Below are positions 7,056 through 14,894 of a stretch of 51,407 nucleotides of DNA, in pieces (the stretch's first letter is position 1; each line of letters opens with the position of its first letter). Location: positions 1 to 51,407 of the IMG/VR virus record IMGVR_UViG_3300025723_000058, one strand, 5' to 3'. The notes below the pieces were generated by a model. That model was not told the origin of the DNA. It ran no database searches and worked only from the letters and a program-made list of their open reading frames with translations. Both the position numbers and the translations under genes were made by a program. The DNA comes from a virus (taxonomy: Duplodnaviria; Caudoviricetes).

Positions 7056-7522
7056 ATATTATTTTTACCAGAATAAGTGTCTGTTTGACTATGACAGTTT
7101 GGACATAAAAATCTTAAATTTTCAACCCTATTATCTTTATGATTACCATTTTTATGGTCAAGTTGTAAAACAATTTGATTACCAAGCCATGTATCTTTCA
7201 CTGTACAATGGTTACCAGAACATTCATAAACTAATATTTTTTCATTTACTAATCTTTTTTTTAATCTTCGCATATTTTGATAAGTGGAATTTTCAACTAA
7301 AATATCTTTTAAATCTATTTTAGGTCCAATTATACTATTACCCTTATTTTCATAAACTGGTGGTGTAATACCGAGTCTTATACAATGATTTTTAAATGTT
7401 TTATATGCACCAGAACCATTTGAGGCAACATTTAATTTTTTTAATATTTCATTAATTGAAGTTGATTTTTCAATTAATAAATTCATTTCTTCTTTAGTTA
7501 AATTTGCGATTTTCATATTCAT
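7046..7522 (-). CDS. HNH homing endonuclease
   Basis: LQLDHKNGNHKDNRVENLRFLCPNCHSQT. Confidence 0.9.
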   Translation of the reverse strand: MNMKIANLTKEEMNLLIEKSTSINEILKKLNVASNGSGAYKTFKNHCIRLGITPPVYENKGNSIIGPKIDLKDILVENSTYQNMRRLKKRLVNEKILVYECSGNHCTVKDTWLGNQIVLQLDHKNGNHKDNRVENLRFLCPNCHSQTDTYSGKNNIRK

Positions 7523-7572
7523 TTATAAATAAATATCTATAAATAGCGAAAAAGACAAACTTAACGCATTCG

Positions 7573-7644
7573 CACGGGTAGAGAATTTTGAAATCCCGAC
7601 ACCTAGTTTTGGAGACTAGTGCTCTGCCTCTGAGCTATACCCGT
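7573..7644 (-). tRNA. tRNA-Trp(CCA)
   Basis: Canonical; CTAGT-CT CCA AA-ACTAG; G73. Confidence 0.9.
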
Positions 7645-7659
7645 GTGTTTCCCGTAATG

Positions 7660-7836
7660 TCAAATAACTGTGTATACTATAATCTTTCCTCTTTCTCTAA
7701 CAAACTTTAGCTCACCAGTATAACCTTGTTCTAAAGATACCTTTTTAAATCGGTCATGAATTTCGTCAAAATCAGTTTCTAAATCTTTTGGCTTCACAAC
7801 ACCAAGCTTTTTATATCTTTTTTCTTCTTCGTCCAT
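7660..7836 (-). CDS. Small hypothetical protein (58 aa), first gene after attenuator
   Basis: Hand translation MDEEEKRYKKLGVVKPKDLETDF...IIVYTVI. Confidence 0.55.
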   Translation of the reverse strand: MDEEEKRYKKLGVVKPKDLETDFDEIHDRFKKVSLEQGYTGELKFVRERGKIIVYTVI

Positions 7837-7840
7837 GTGT

Positions 7841-7876
7841 AAAAAAAACCTCTGATTCTTATGAGTCAGAGGCTTT
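7841..7876 (-). terminator. Intrinsic terminator / putative attenuator
   Basis: AAAGCCTCTGACTC-ATAA-GAATCAGAGG-TTTTTTTT. Confidence 0.85.
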
Positions 7877-7932
7877 CGATATTTTTAGTGATTTAATATT
7901 AGATAGTATTAATATCACTCGATAGCATGACT
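7864..7932 (-). promoter_or_regulatory. Putative antiterminator hairpin
   Basis: AGTCA/TGACT, GCTATCGA/TCGAAAGC (7 of 8), GTGAT/ATCAC and TTAATA/TATTAA nested pairings sequester the terminator 5' arm. Confidence 0.65.
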
Positions 7933-8003
7933 TGATTTCCTGAACGACTATTATTATGTCTCCAGTTAATCGAATTAATCATATTGTTTATGTTTACTAT
8001 CAT
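7899..8003 (-). CDS. Putative attenuator leader peptide (34 aa)
   Basis: MIVNINNMINSINWRHNNSRSGNQVMLSSDINTI between promoter and terminator. Confidence 0.7.
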   Translation of the reverse strand: MIVNINNMINSINWRHNNSRSGNQVMLSSDINTI

Positions 8004-8024
8004 TGTGATAAAATTTTTCTTGTT

Positions 8025-8052
8025 ATTAATAAATATATGCAAATATACGAAA
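8025..8052 (-). promoter_or_regulatory. Composite promoter of tRNA array
   Basis: TTTCGTATATTTGCATATATTTATTAAT: TAnnTTTG -7 element plus TATTTAT; identical to 9570-9597. Confidence 0.75.
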
Positions 8053-8172
8053 AGTTTTTTAATTGTCAAGTTTTTTTTAAACTTTTTTTTTGACAACCTT
8101 TTAAAGAACTCTTATTTTTTATTTACAATGCAAATATACGAACTAATTTTGAATTGGACAAATCTTTTTTTT

Positions 8173-8679
8173 TTATTTTTTTAGAAATTTACCTAATCTA
8201 AGTGCTTTCATTGTAAAGCGTTCAAGAGATTCATTATTATATACAATAAAATCCGCATCATCTTCAGTTATATTGAAGGAGCTTGAATCTTCAACTGGTA
8301 AACGTTTCTCAGCCGATACCCAGATAATTAAATCAAATAAACCTTGCTTACGGCATTCTTCAATTTCAGCGTGGTCTCTCATTCCAACGTATGTATTATT
8401 ATACTTAAGAATTTCTTTAGCTAATCTAGCTTTATCATCCTTATTATAGTCGCATATCATTTGATACCATTCATTACGATGATTAAACCTGTCATTAAAA
8501 CATTCTTCAGATGTTTTATACCCATATTTATCTTTTAGCCTATCAAAGATAAAAATATCACAACATGCTTGAGACGATGAAATAAAACTTAGACCGAAGT
8601 TATCACGTAAAATTTCAGCTAATGTATCCTTCCCATGTCTAGCATTACCGATGATTAAAATTTTGATTTTATTTTCCAT
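8173..8679 (-). CDS. P-loop kinase, dNMP-kinase-like
   Basis: ILIIGNARHGKDT Walker A; GMRD..E. Confidence 0.7.
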   Translation of the reverse strand: MENKIKILIIGNARHGKDTLAEILRDNFGLSFISSSQACCDIFIFDRLKDKYGYKTSEECFNDRFNHRNEWYQMICDYNKDDKARLAKEILKYNNTYVGMRDHAEIEECRKQGLFDLIIWVSAEKRLPVEDSSSFNITEDDADFIVYNNESLERFTMKALRLGKFLKK

Positions 8680-8680
8680 A

Positions 8681-9136
8681 TTATTTTATAAGTGTTTTAG
8701 CTTTAGTTAAATTTTTTATTGCGGAATCAATTGCGTTAACGTTACCATATTCACAATTAGAAAGTATTTGACTTGTTAGTATAACAAGCGCATTGAAATG
8801 GTTAACATGGTTATTATCAAAAGTATGTGTTTTAATCCATTCAGTTAATTTCTTTTCTAAGACATCAGCTGACCCATCACCATCAAATGGTTCATCGAGG
8901 TAAAGGATTAATCCACCATCAGCATTGATAATTAGTTTATTATCACCAATTTCCTGATATGTACCCCAATTATTAAAGTGGGCCGCAAACTTAAGTTCAT
9001 ATTTATTATCTTGAACTTTTTGACTTTCAAATATAAAGGGTTTAGACGTACTAATATCAGAAAGTTCATCTAAATCCATGTCCAGACTATTTAAAAAGTC
9101 TATAATTTCATTTCCGTTGATTTCATTTATATTCAT
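8681..9136 (-). CDS. Hypothetical protein
   Basis: ORF in operon arrangement. Confidence 0.6.
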   Translation of the reverse strand: MNINEINGNEIIDFLNSLDMDLDELSDISTSKPFIFESQKVQDNKYELKFAAHFNNWGTYQEIGDNKLIINADGGLILYLDEPFDGDGSADVLEKKLTEWIKTHTFDNNHVNHFNALVILTSQILSNCEYGNVNAIDSAIKNLTKAKTLIK

Positions 9137-9172
9137 ATGCAAAGATACGAATAATTACGAAATAGTGCAAAT

Positions 9173-9202
9173 AAAAAAAGGCTAATCTTTCGATTAACCT
9201 TT
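9173..9202 (-). terminator. Intrinsic terminator ending second ncRNA cluster
   Basis: AAAGGTTAATC-GAAA-GATTAGCCTTTTTTT. Confidence 0.8.
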
Positions 9203-9211
9203 AATTTTTTC

Positions 9212-9264
9212 AGAATGAGTTTGTTTCTTTACCTAGAAGATTTTTTTATTGCAGTATTCATTCT
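9212..9264 (-). ncRNA. Stem+CWGCAA element A
   Basis: AGAATGA-ATA-CTGCAA...TCATTCT-G. Confidence 0.5.
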
Positions 9265-9269
9265 TTGTG

Positions 9270-9339
9270 TTGCAGTGGCTGGAGTTGCACCAGACTGTAA
9301 GCTTATGAGGCTTACCTGCTACTATTACATTACCCTGCT
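9270..9339 (-). tRNA. Degenerate tRNA(CAT), initiator-like
   Basis: TAAGC-CT CAT AA-GCTTA; 1:72 mismatch; TGCAACT T loop. Confidence 0.6.
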
Positions 9340-9340
9340 G

Positions 9341-9412
9341 TAGCGAGAGAGGGAATCGAACCCCCGACCTAAAGGTTATGAGCCTTCCGAGCTACCTCTG
9401 CTCCATCTCGCA
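9341..9412 (-). tRNA. tRNA-fMet(CAT)
   Basis: U1:U72 mismatch, GAGC/GCTC D stem, GAAGG-CT CAT AA-CCTTT. Confidence 0.85.
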
Positions 9413-9414
9413 AG

Positions 9415-9482
9415 TGCATCTTCCAGATTCGATACTGGATTAACCCCCTGAATGGGGCCGTGTTCACTTACACTAAAGATAC
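9415..9482 (-). tRNA. Atypical tRNA-like RNA, anticodon ambiguous (TCA or TTC)
   Basis: GTATCTT/AAGATGC, GTGT/ACAC D stem, GGCCCC-ATTCAG-GGGGTT, CCAG-TATCGAAT-CTGG. Confidence 0.5.
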
Positions 9483-9489
9483 ATAAATC

Positions 9490-9547
9490 GGAATCAACTT
9501 GTTTTTTATCAAAATTAAAAAATTGTTTAGTTTGCTGAACTGATTCC
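9490..9547 (-). ncRNA. Stem+CWGCAA element B
   Basis: GGAATCA-GTT-CAGCAA...TGATTCC-G. Confidence 0.5.
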
Positions 9548-9569
9548 TTAAATATTTTTAAGACCTTGA

Positions 9570-9597
9570 ATTAATAAATATATGCAAATATACGAAA
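9570..9597 (-). promoter_or_regulatory. Composite promoter of second ncRNA cluster
   Basis: 28 bp identical to 8025-8052. Confidence 0.75.
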
Positions 9598-9628
9598 GTT
9601 TTTGTTATTTGTCAAATTTATTTTTGAA

Positions 9629-9838
9629 TTATTTTAAATTATTTTCAAATGGCGTTAAAACGATGAAAATTCCATGTTTTTTATTAAGATAATGAATAAC
9701 ATTTATTACTTGATAATACTTTTTATCGGTATCAAGATAAACTAATTCATTTAGTCTAGGTATTACAAAGAGCTGTTGTGTTTTCATTACGTTCCATTTT
9801 TCATCAATAAACGTTAATGAGTATTTCCTTTTGAACAT
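9629..9838 (-). CDS. Hypothetical protein
   Basis: 69 aa ORF with ATG start. Confidence 0.6.
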   Translation of the reverse strand: MFKRKYSLTFIDEKWNVMKTQQLFVIPRLNELVYLDTDKKYYQVINVIHYLNKKHGIFIVLTPFENNLK

Positions 9839-9926
9839 TTTAATTTATTTTTATAACTATACTAAAATATTTATAAGTGTAAATCTATTTATAAGTATAA
9901 TAACAAACAAACTAAAATTATAACCT

Positions 9927-10055
9927 ATGGGATGCGGATGTAAAGGTGGTAAAAAAAACGTAAATAGTACAAGTACTACTACAACCACAACAATAACTAA
10001 CCAACCAACTGTTACCGTAACAACAGTTACTGTTCCAACAGTTAAAACTAATTAA
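9927..10055 (+). CDS. Small MGCGCK / Thr-rich protein (42 aa)
   Basis: Hand translation; TATTTAT motifs upstream, terminator downstream. Confidence 0.6.
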   Translation: MGCGCKGGKKNVNSTSTTTTTTITNQPTVTVTTVTVPTVKTN

Positions 10056-10060
10056 TTTAG

Positions 10061-10087
10061 AGGGGACTTTTAAGGGTCCCCTTTTTT
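10061..10087 (+). terminator. Intrinsic terminator
   Basis: AGGGGACTTT-TAAG-GGTCCCCTTTTTT. Confidence 0.75.
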
Positions 10088-10172
10088 AATAAGTTTAACC
10101 CATAATAAAGCGACTTATTATAGGTGTTGATTTCTTTACCCTAGGTTACAGGGAGAATCTAAAAAGAATAAT

Positions 10173-11000
10173 TTATATATTAGACCAAATTAAACCTCGT
10201 TTAATTTTACTAATTGTTTCTTGCTTAATATTAAATTGTTTAGCAATTTCATGTTGAGTGATTTTTGTCTTAAGTAATTCTTTAATTACTTTAACATCTT
10301 CTTCACGCAATTTACTATTTTTAACTAACTCACCATTAATATTAGTGAATTTACCTCTGACCCAACCTTCAGATTCATAGTCAGTTAATTGAGAAAATTT
10401 AATCTTTTTATTGAGAGAATTTTTAGTTACCCAAATGGTACCAAATTGGGAATTTTTTTTACCTAATTGACCAATTTTATTAGATTCACTAATTTTTAAC
10501 TTAGTATCGTCTGAGTGATTTTTATTTACCCAATCAAATCTTAACCCAATTTTCCAAAAATTTATTTTACCTTCTGAGATAGCTTTTTCAGTATTTTCTT
10601 TACACTTTAAAGAAAATGAATTTCTAAAATTAGTATCGGTTAATAATTTACTTTTAAATGAACTACTCCCAATAAGTGAAAGTTTCTTATAATGTTCTTC
10701 GCTAATAAATCCACCATCACCACCACCTTTTAAATTCATACACATGTCATCATCTAACACATCTTGTGTAATAGCAGCTTTTTCAGCTTCAACTAATAAT
10801 TCTCTTGTATCAAAGAACTCTAGGATTTCTTTCTCATGGTTATCCTCACCATGCTTTCTAATACTATATCTTAATCGCTTTCCAGAACCCAAATAACCAT
10901 CTTCTAAGTTATTTGTGCTATGCATTCCTATATAGTATCTTCCAGTTACCTTACAAGTTGTCTTATAAAGGTAATGTATCGTTTTTTGTTTTCTTGGCAT
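10173..11000 (-). CDS. GIY-YIG homing endonuclease (Seg-like) with NUMOD3-like and HTH domains
   Basis: YLYKTTC...YYIGMH, YLGSG, HSDDTKLKISES, C-terminal QHEIAKQFNI. Confidence 0.88.
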   Translation of the reverse strand: MPRKQKTIHYLYKTTCKVTGRYYIGMHSTNNLEDGYLGSGKRLRYSIRKHGEDNHEKEILEFFDTRELLVEAEKAAITQDVLDDDMCMNLKGGGDGGFISEEHYKKLSLIGSSSFKSKLLTDTNFRNSFSLKCKENTEKAISEGKINFWKIGLRFDWVNKNHSDDTKLKISESNKIGQLGKKNSQFGTIWVTKNSLNKKIKFSQLTDYESEGWVRGKFTNINGELVKNSKLREEDVKVIKELLKTKITQHEIAKQFNIKQETISKIKRGLIWSNI

Positions 11001-11030
11001 ATCTATCTTTTATAATAAATATACTAAAAA

Positions 11031-11051
11031 GTACAAAAAAGTCAAGGGTGG
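11031..11051 (-). repeat. 21-bp exact repeat, copy 2
   Basis: Spans tmRNA 3' end and a TTGACT box upstream of the GIY-YIG gene. Confidence 0.9.
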
Positions 11052-11406
11052 AGCAATTGAGATTCGAACTCAAGTCTTAAATATTCTTCTAATGCTTTCT
11101 ACATGTTTAGAATGATTTTCTTACCACTCAAAATATCTTGATAATCGTGTCAGGTATCAAGAGAACCTACGGTATTTCTTTTACTTCTATAGACCCCACA
11201 AAAAGAAGTTTTTGGTGGTCTACCACCATCGCTGTATTAGGCTACAGCAAGCTCTCCGTTGAAGCTGTAAACAGCTTCGTTAAGGAAATTCTCAGATACG
11301 ATTAAATCGTTGTCTTTTCTTGTTTTAATAGCGAGATTTAAGTGCTTCCATCTAGCACTACATGCTTACACTGTACGACTATACTTAATCAATACCGTGT
11401 TGCCCC
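11049..11406 (-). ncRNA. ssrA: tmRNA
   Basis: GGGGCAA/TTGCTCC-A acceptor with G3:U70, TTCGAAT T arm, about 358 nt, internal tag ORF ending LAVA-stop. Confidence 0.92.
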
Positions 11407-11504
11407 ATATTTTAAAGAACTAATTATAAATATTTCAATTTTTCAGTAAAGTTAAATTGTAGTGCAAATATACTACAATTTAACTAAACTTCCAAATTTA
11501 TTTT

Positions 11505-11846
11505 TTATTTGTACTTATCAAGATTTTTATTCCTATCCCAATTCCTTTCGAAATCTGCTGGATTTAATAAATAGTCCGATAAAGCATTAGCTAAAGTCTT
11601 AGCTTCTTCAACCGCAACAGTCTGACAACCAACTTTAACTATAAAACCATAACTAATTGGCTTGATGTTAATCTCACGAATTTTACTTCCGTAAATATCA
11701 CCTGATAAGAGTTCTGACCCAAACGTAGGTGAAACAGAATCTTCAGAATCAACATCTCTCTCACGAGCAACAAATGCTGTTGGACCTATTGATTCGGATT
11801 GTACTAAATTCTCTGATTGTACCAAACTTTCTGATTGTTCTTCCAT
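11505..11846 (-). CDS. Hypothetical protein
   Basis: ATG 11846 downstream of promoter-like motif. Confidence 0.65.
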   Translation of the reverse strand: MEEQSESLVQSENLVQSESIGPTAFVARERDVDSEDSVSPTFGSELLSGDIYGSKIREINIKPISYGFIVKVGCQTVAVEEAKTLANALSDYLLNPADFERNWDRNKNLDKYK

Positions 11847-11907
11847 TTTTTTCTTTTTTTTTATATTGCAAAGATACAACTTTAATTATAACCTTGCAAA
11901 TTTATTT

Positions 11908-13194
11908 TTAATCAATTAATTCGAAATCAACAACATTAGTTGAATAAATTGAATGAGCCCAAGAAATTTCAACTGCATTCCCTTCTTCAACACAAAAACT
12001 GAAATTACAACCGTATGGTAATTTTACCAAACCAATATAGTCATCATTTTCAGGTTGTTCTTCACCTTTACTAAAAGAAAAGGATGGTAATTCACACTCA
12101 TTTTCAAGGTATTGAATGATAAATTCTGCCACAATAAGTTCATTGGCACCAATGTCAATACTATTTTCAATGTTCTTAAGTGCATTAAGCAATTCTTCTG
12201 GTAAAACAAAGTCAGGGTTATCAATTAAATCAAAAACTTCTGAATACTCACGTTCGTCAATGATTGTTGTCTGAACTCTTTTAGTAATTTCAGTGACAGC
12301 TGGCTTAGTACCGTTCAAATATTTACTGTAATCTATTGGTTCACCCTCAATTTTATCCAAATATGGTAAAAGTTTAGCTATTATATCATTCCGAGAAGAA
12401 TCTACTAACTTTTTAGGTAATTTGTATTTTTTGATTTCATGTGGTGTTTTAGCAAAGAATAATTTAAGTATTAAGGTTGCGTCTCTATCCTTAGCATCAT
12501 ATGCCGCTGTTACATCCTCAATTATAATACTATCAGAAAACCACTTATTACCGTAATATTTATAAGATACATCTGGTATTTTATTGAGTACCTCATTGAT
12601 ATAATCTTCTTTAGATTTACCCTTTTTACCAACATATTTTAATAGGTCGATGTTGTAGTCTCGATTAACAATATTCCCATCTCGGTTTAAATAACAGAAC
12701 ATTATAGAACGCCAAGCATAATTACTTTGAGAAACCTCAATACCATTATAAGTGTTAATTTTAATTCCACTTTCAATATACGCTTTAGAACTTAAATCTT
12801 TATATGGTACGCTCTGATTTTCTATGATGATAACTTCTTGACCATAATAATTATATAGCTTACCAAAAGTTTTCTTTATTGCCTTAGAAACAGAAAACTC
12901 AGCATTAATTTGGTTGAGTTCATCGTCAACTAATGAATCTTCATAACTTTCTTTGTCGATAACAAAATAGCTATTTTTATCATCTAAAGCTAATAATTGT
13001 GTTTCATTCAAAACTTGAATAATTTTACAATTTTTATGCTGACAATAGTTAAATTTTTCTGTATTAAACTTCATATTTTTAATACTTTCAACCATTTCAG
13101 TATCTAAGTTTTTGAAAATAGTATAACCTTCTTCAGTTCTTTCGACAACTAAGTCTTCATACTTAGAAACTTCTTCATCTAATATAATATCCAT
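11908..13194 (-). CDS. Hypothetical protein
   Basis: 428 aa ORF coupled to clpP. Confidence 0.75.
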   Translation of the reverse strand: MDIILDEEVSKYEDLVVERTEEGYTIFKNLDTEMVESIKNMKFNTEKFNYCQHKNCKIIQVLNETQLLALDDKNSYFVIDKESYEDSLVDDELNQINAEFSVSKAIKKTFGKLYNYYGQEVIIIENQSVPYKDLSSKAYIESGIKINTYNGIEVSQSNYAWRSIMFCYLNRDGNIVNRDYNIDLLKYVGKKGKSKEDYINEVLNKIPDVSYKYYGNKWFSDSIIIEDVTAAYDAKDRDATLILKLFFAKTPHEIKKYKLPKKLVDSSRNDIIAKLLPYLDKIEGEPIDYSKYLNGTKPAVTEITKRVQTTIIDEREYSEVFDLIDNPDFVLPEELLNALKNIENSIDIGANELIVAEFIIQYLENECELPSFSFSKGEEQPENDDYIGLVKLPYGCNFSFCVEEGNAVEISWAHSIYSTNVVDFELID

Positions 13195-13901
13195 TATTTT
13201 CTACCTTTAGGTTTGTTTTTAACGATACCGTCAATTATTCCATAAGCCAATGCTTCCTCAGCGGTTAGCCAGAAGTCTCTTTCAGCGTCTTTCATTACAA
13301 CTTCTGGTGCTTTACCAGTATATTCACCAAGCATCTTGAATAAGTCGTTGTTATATTTCTCACTTTCTTCCATTGAGACTCGCATATCTTGGATATTACC
13401 TTCAGTACCAGCAGAAACTTGGTGTAACATAACTTTACTTGATGGTAAAGAATATCTTTTACCCTTTGTACCAGCACCTAATAGAATACTACCCATACTT
13501 GCAGCCATACCCGTATTAATTGTTATAATATCGGAGGAGACATAATTCATTGTGTCAACGATTGAGAGACCTGATTTAACCGAACCACCTGGTGTGTCAA
13601 CATAAATCGTAATATCTTTACTCTCTTGATTATCCAAGAACATCAATTGAGCTTGAACTACCGTTGACATTCTATCATTAACGGGCCCAGCCAACCAAAG
13701 TATTCTGTCTAACATCATTCTTGAGAAGATGTCAATCTGAGTTACCCTTAGTTCACGTTCTTCCAATACATATGGTGTTAATGAACCAGTTACCATTACA
13801 TTGTTGTAAATCTGGCTTTGTAAAACTTCCCAATCACGAAATTGGGTATCGGTTACGCCAAAATGTTTTTTAGCATAAGTGTTAAAATCTGTTCTTATCA
13901 T
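13194..13901 (-). CDS. clpP: ATP-dependent Clp protease proteolytic subunit
   Basis: DIFSRMMLDRI, TPGGSV, GMAASMGS (Ser), MLHQ (His), ERDFW (Asp). Confidence 0.96.
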   Translation of the reverse strand: MIRTDFNTYAKKHFGVTDTQFRDWEVLQSQIYNNVMVTGSLTPYVLEERELRVTQIDIFSRMMLDRILWLAGPVNDRMSTVVQAQLMFLDNQESKDITIYVDTPGGSVKSGLSIVDTMNYVSSDIITINTGMAASMGSILLGAGTKGKRYSLPSSKVMLHQVSAGTEGNIQDMRVSMEESEKYNNDLFKMLGEYTGKAPEVVMKDAERDFWLTAEEALAYGIIDGIVKNKPKGRK

Positions 13902-14194
13902 TATTCGTATTTTCTAGTTGTTACTATTTTTAAAAAAACCTCTTCCAATTCATCGTCATCAAAGTAATAGTTACCACTACCATGAGAATATTGCCAAGTA
14001 TATCTAAATAATTTCTTATCCGATTGACGTTCGACAATTACATTATGACATTCACCATCACAATCCCGACTAGGGTAATCCTCAACAAAATTATAAATTT
14101 CATCATTTAATTCCCAAGGTCCATGTCCAGTATAATCACCCCAAATCTCTGGGTTAATTTTAATTACTTCTCTATTAGTTTTATTTTTACTCAT
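13901..14194 (-). CDS. Hypothetical protein
   Basis: Translationally coupled ORF. Confidence 0.65.
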   Translation of the reverse strand: MSKNKTNREVIKINPEIWGDYTGHGPWELNDEIYNFVEDYPSRDCDGECHNVIVERQSDKKLFRYTWQYSHGSGNYYFDDDELEEVFLKIVTTRKYE

Positions 14195-14442
14195 GCTTCA
14201 GTTGTTATAAACACGGGTGTGTTATCACCCATCCATGCACCAACAATATTAAAATTGTAGTACTCATAAGCGTCTTCGTAGGACATTTCATCTCTTTTCA
14301 TTAGAATGTCGATGATTTTTTCTACTGAATAAGCTACGACAGGGCCAAGATTAATTCTCTCAGCCATGCCGATTATCGCTTCATCAAATCCATCACATAG
14401 TAATGCTTCTGGATTTATTTCTTCAATTTCCTCTCTAGTCAT
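14191..14442 (-). CDS. Conserved phage hypothetical protein
   Basis: DGFDEAIIG...AYEYYNFNIVGAWMG pattern. Confidence 0.7.
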   Translation of the reverse strand: MTREEIEEINPEALLCDGFDEAIIGMAERINLGPVVAYSVEKIIDILMKRDEMSYEDAYEYYNFNIVGAWMGDNTPVFITTEA

Positions 14443-14443
14443 C

Positions 14444-14851
14444 TTAGTTATCTTCTTGACTATTAAGCATCTCCCTAAGAAGGGTTTTAAGGTCTAAACA
14501 CTTCTGATGACCGTATTTAACTAATAATAAGCTGAATGTTGTAAAATCAGGCTTAATGATTGATATTTTGTCTTTTTCAGCATCATAATAAATTTGAGCA
14601 ACTGTTTCCTCAACTACCATAGCTTTTTGTTCATCGCTTAATGGTTCGAAAAGCGTCTCATTTAAAATGATGTAGACATCGTTTGCACTTTCGTGTCTTA
14701 AAAGGTCATTAGCCTTAATTATTTTTGTAACTTCTTTTAGGTCATTATTACCTAACACCTTAATGTTAACACTGTTAAGTGAATCAATTTCAGCTATAAA
14801 ATTGGTGAATAGCTCTTGATGGTCTGCGAATACTTCTTGATAATCTGCCAT
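14444..14851 (-). CDS. Hypothetical protein, weakly resembling phage metallopeptidase-like family
   Basis: ATG 14851; no intact HExxH. Confidence 0.55.
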   Translation of the reverse strand: MADYQEVFADHQELFTNFIAEIDSLNSVNIKVLGNNDLKEVTKIIKANDLLRHESANDVYIILNETLFEPLSDEQKAMVVEETVAQIYYDAEKDKISIIKPDFTTFSLLLVKYGHQKCLDLKTLLREMLNSQEDN

Positions 14852-14894
14852 ATTGTTTTTTGTTTTAATTATAGCAAATATACTAAGAAAATTA

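Noticed and set aside
4058-7323. Short ORF-track entries overlapping tRNAs (4058, 4363, 4582, 5003, 6119, 6589, 6683, 6997)
   Set aside because: They are translations of tRNA genes or antisense to real genes.
7899-8096. 65-aa version of the leader ORF in the ORF track
   Set aside because: The upstream start would run through the promoter at 8025-8052; ATG 8003 is the first start after it.
9927-10087. Threonine attenuator
   Set aside because: No plus-strand gene follows the terminator and no antiterminator was seen.
10090-10165. Two hairpins downstream of the GIY-YIG gene
   Set aside because: Single occurrence, no recognisable motif; could be ordinary 3' structure.
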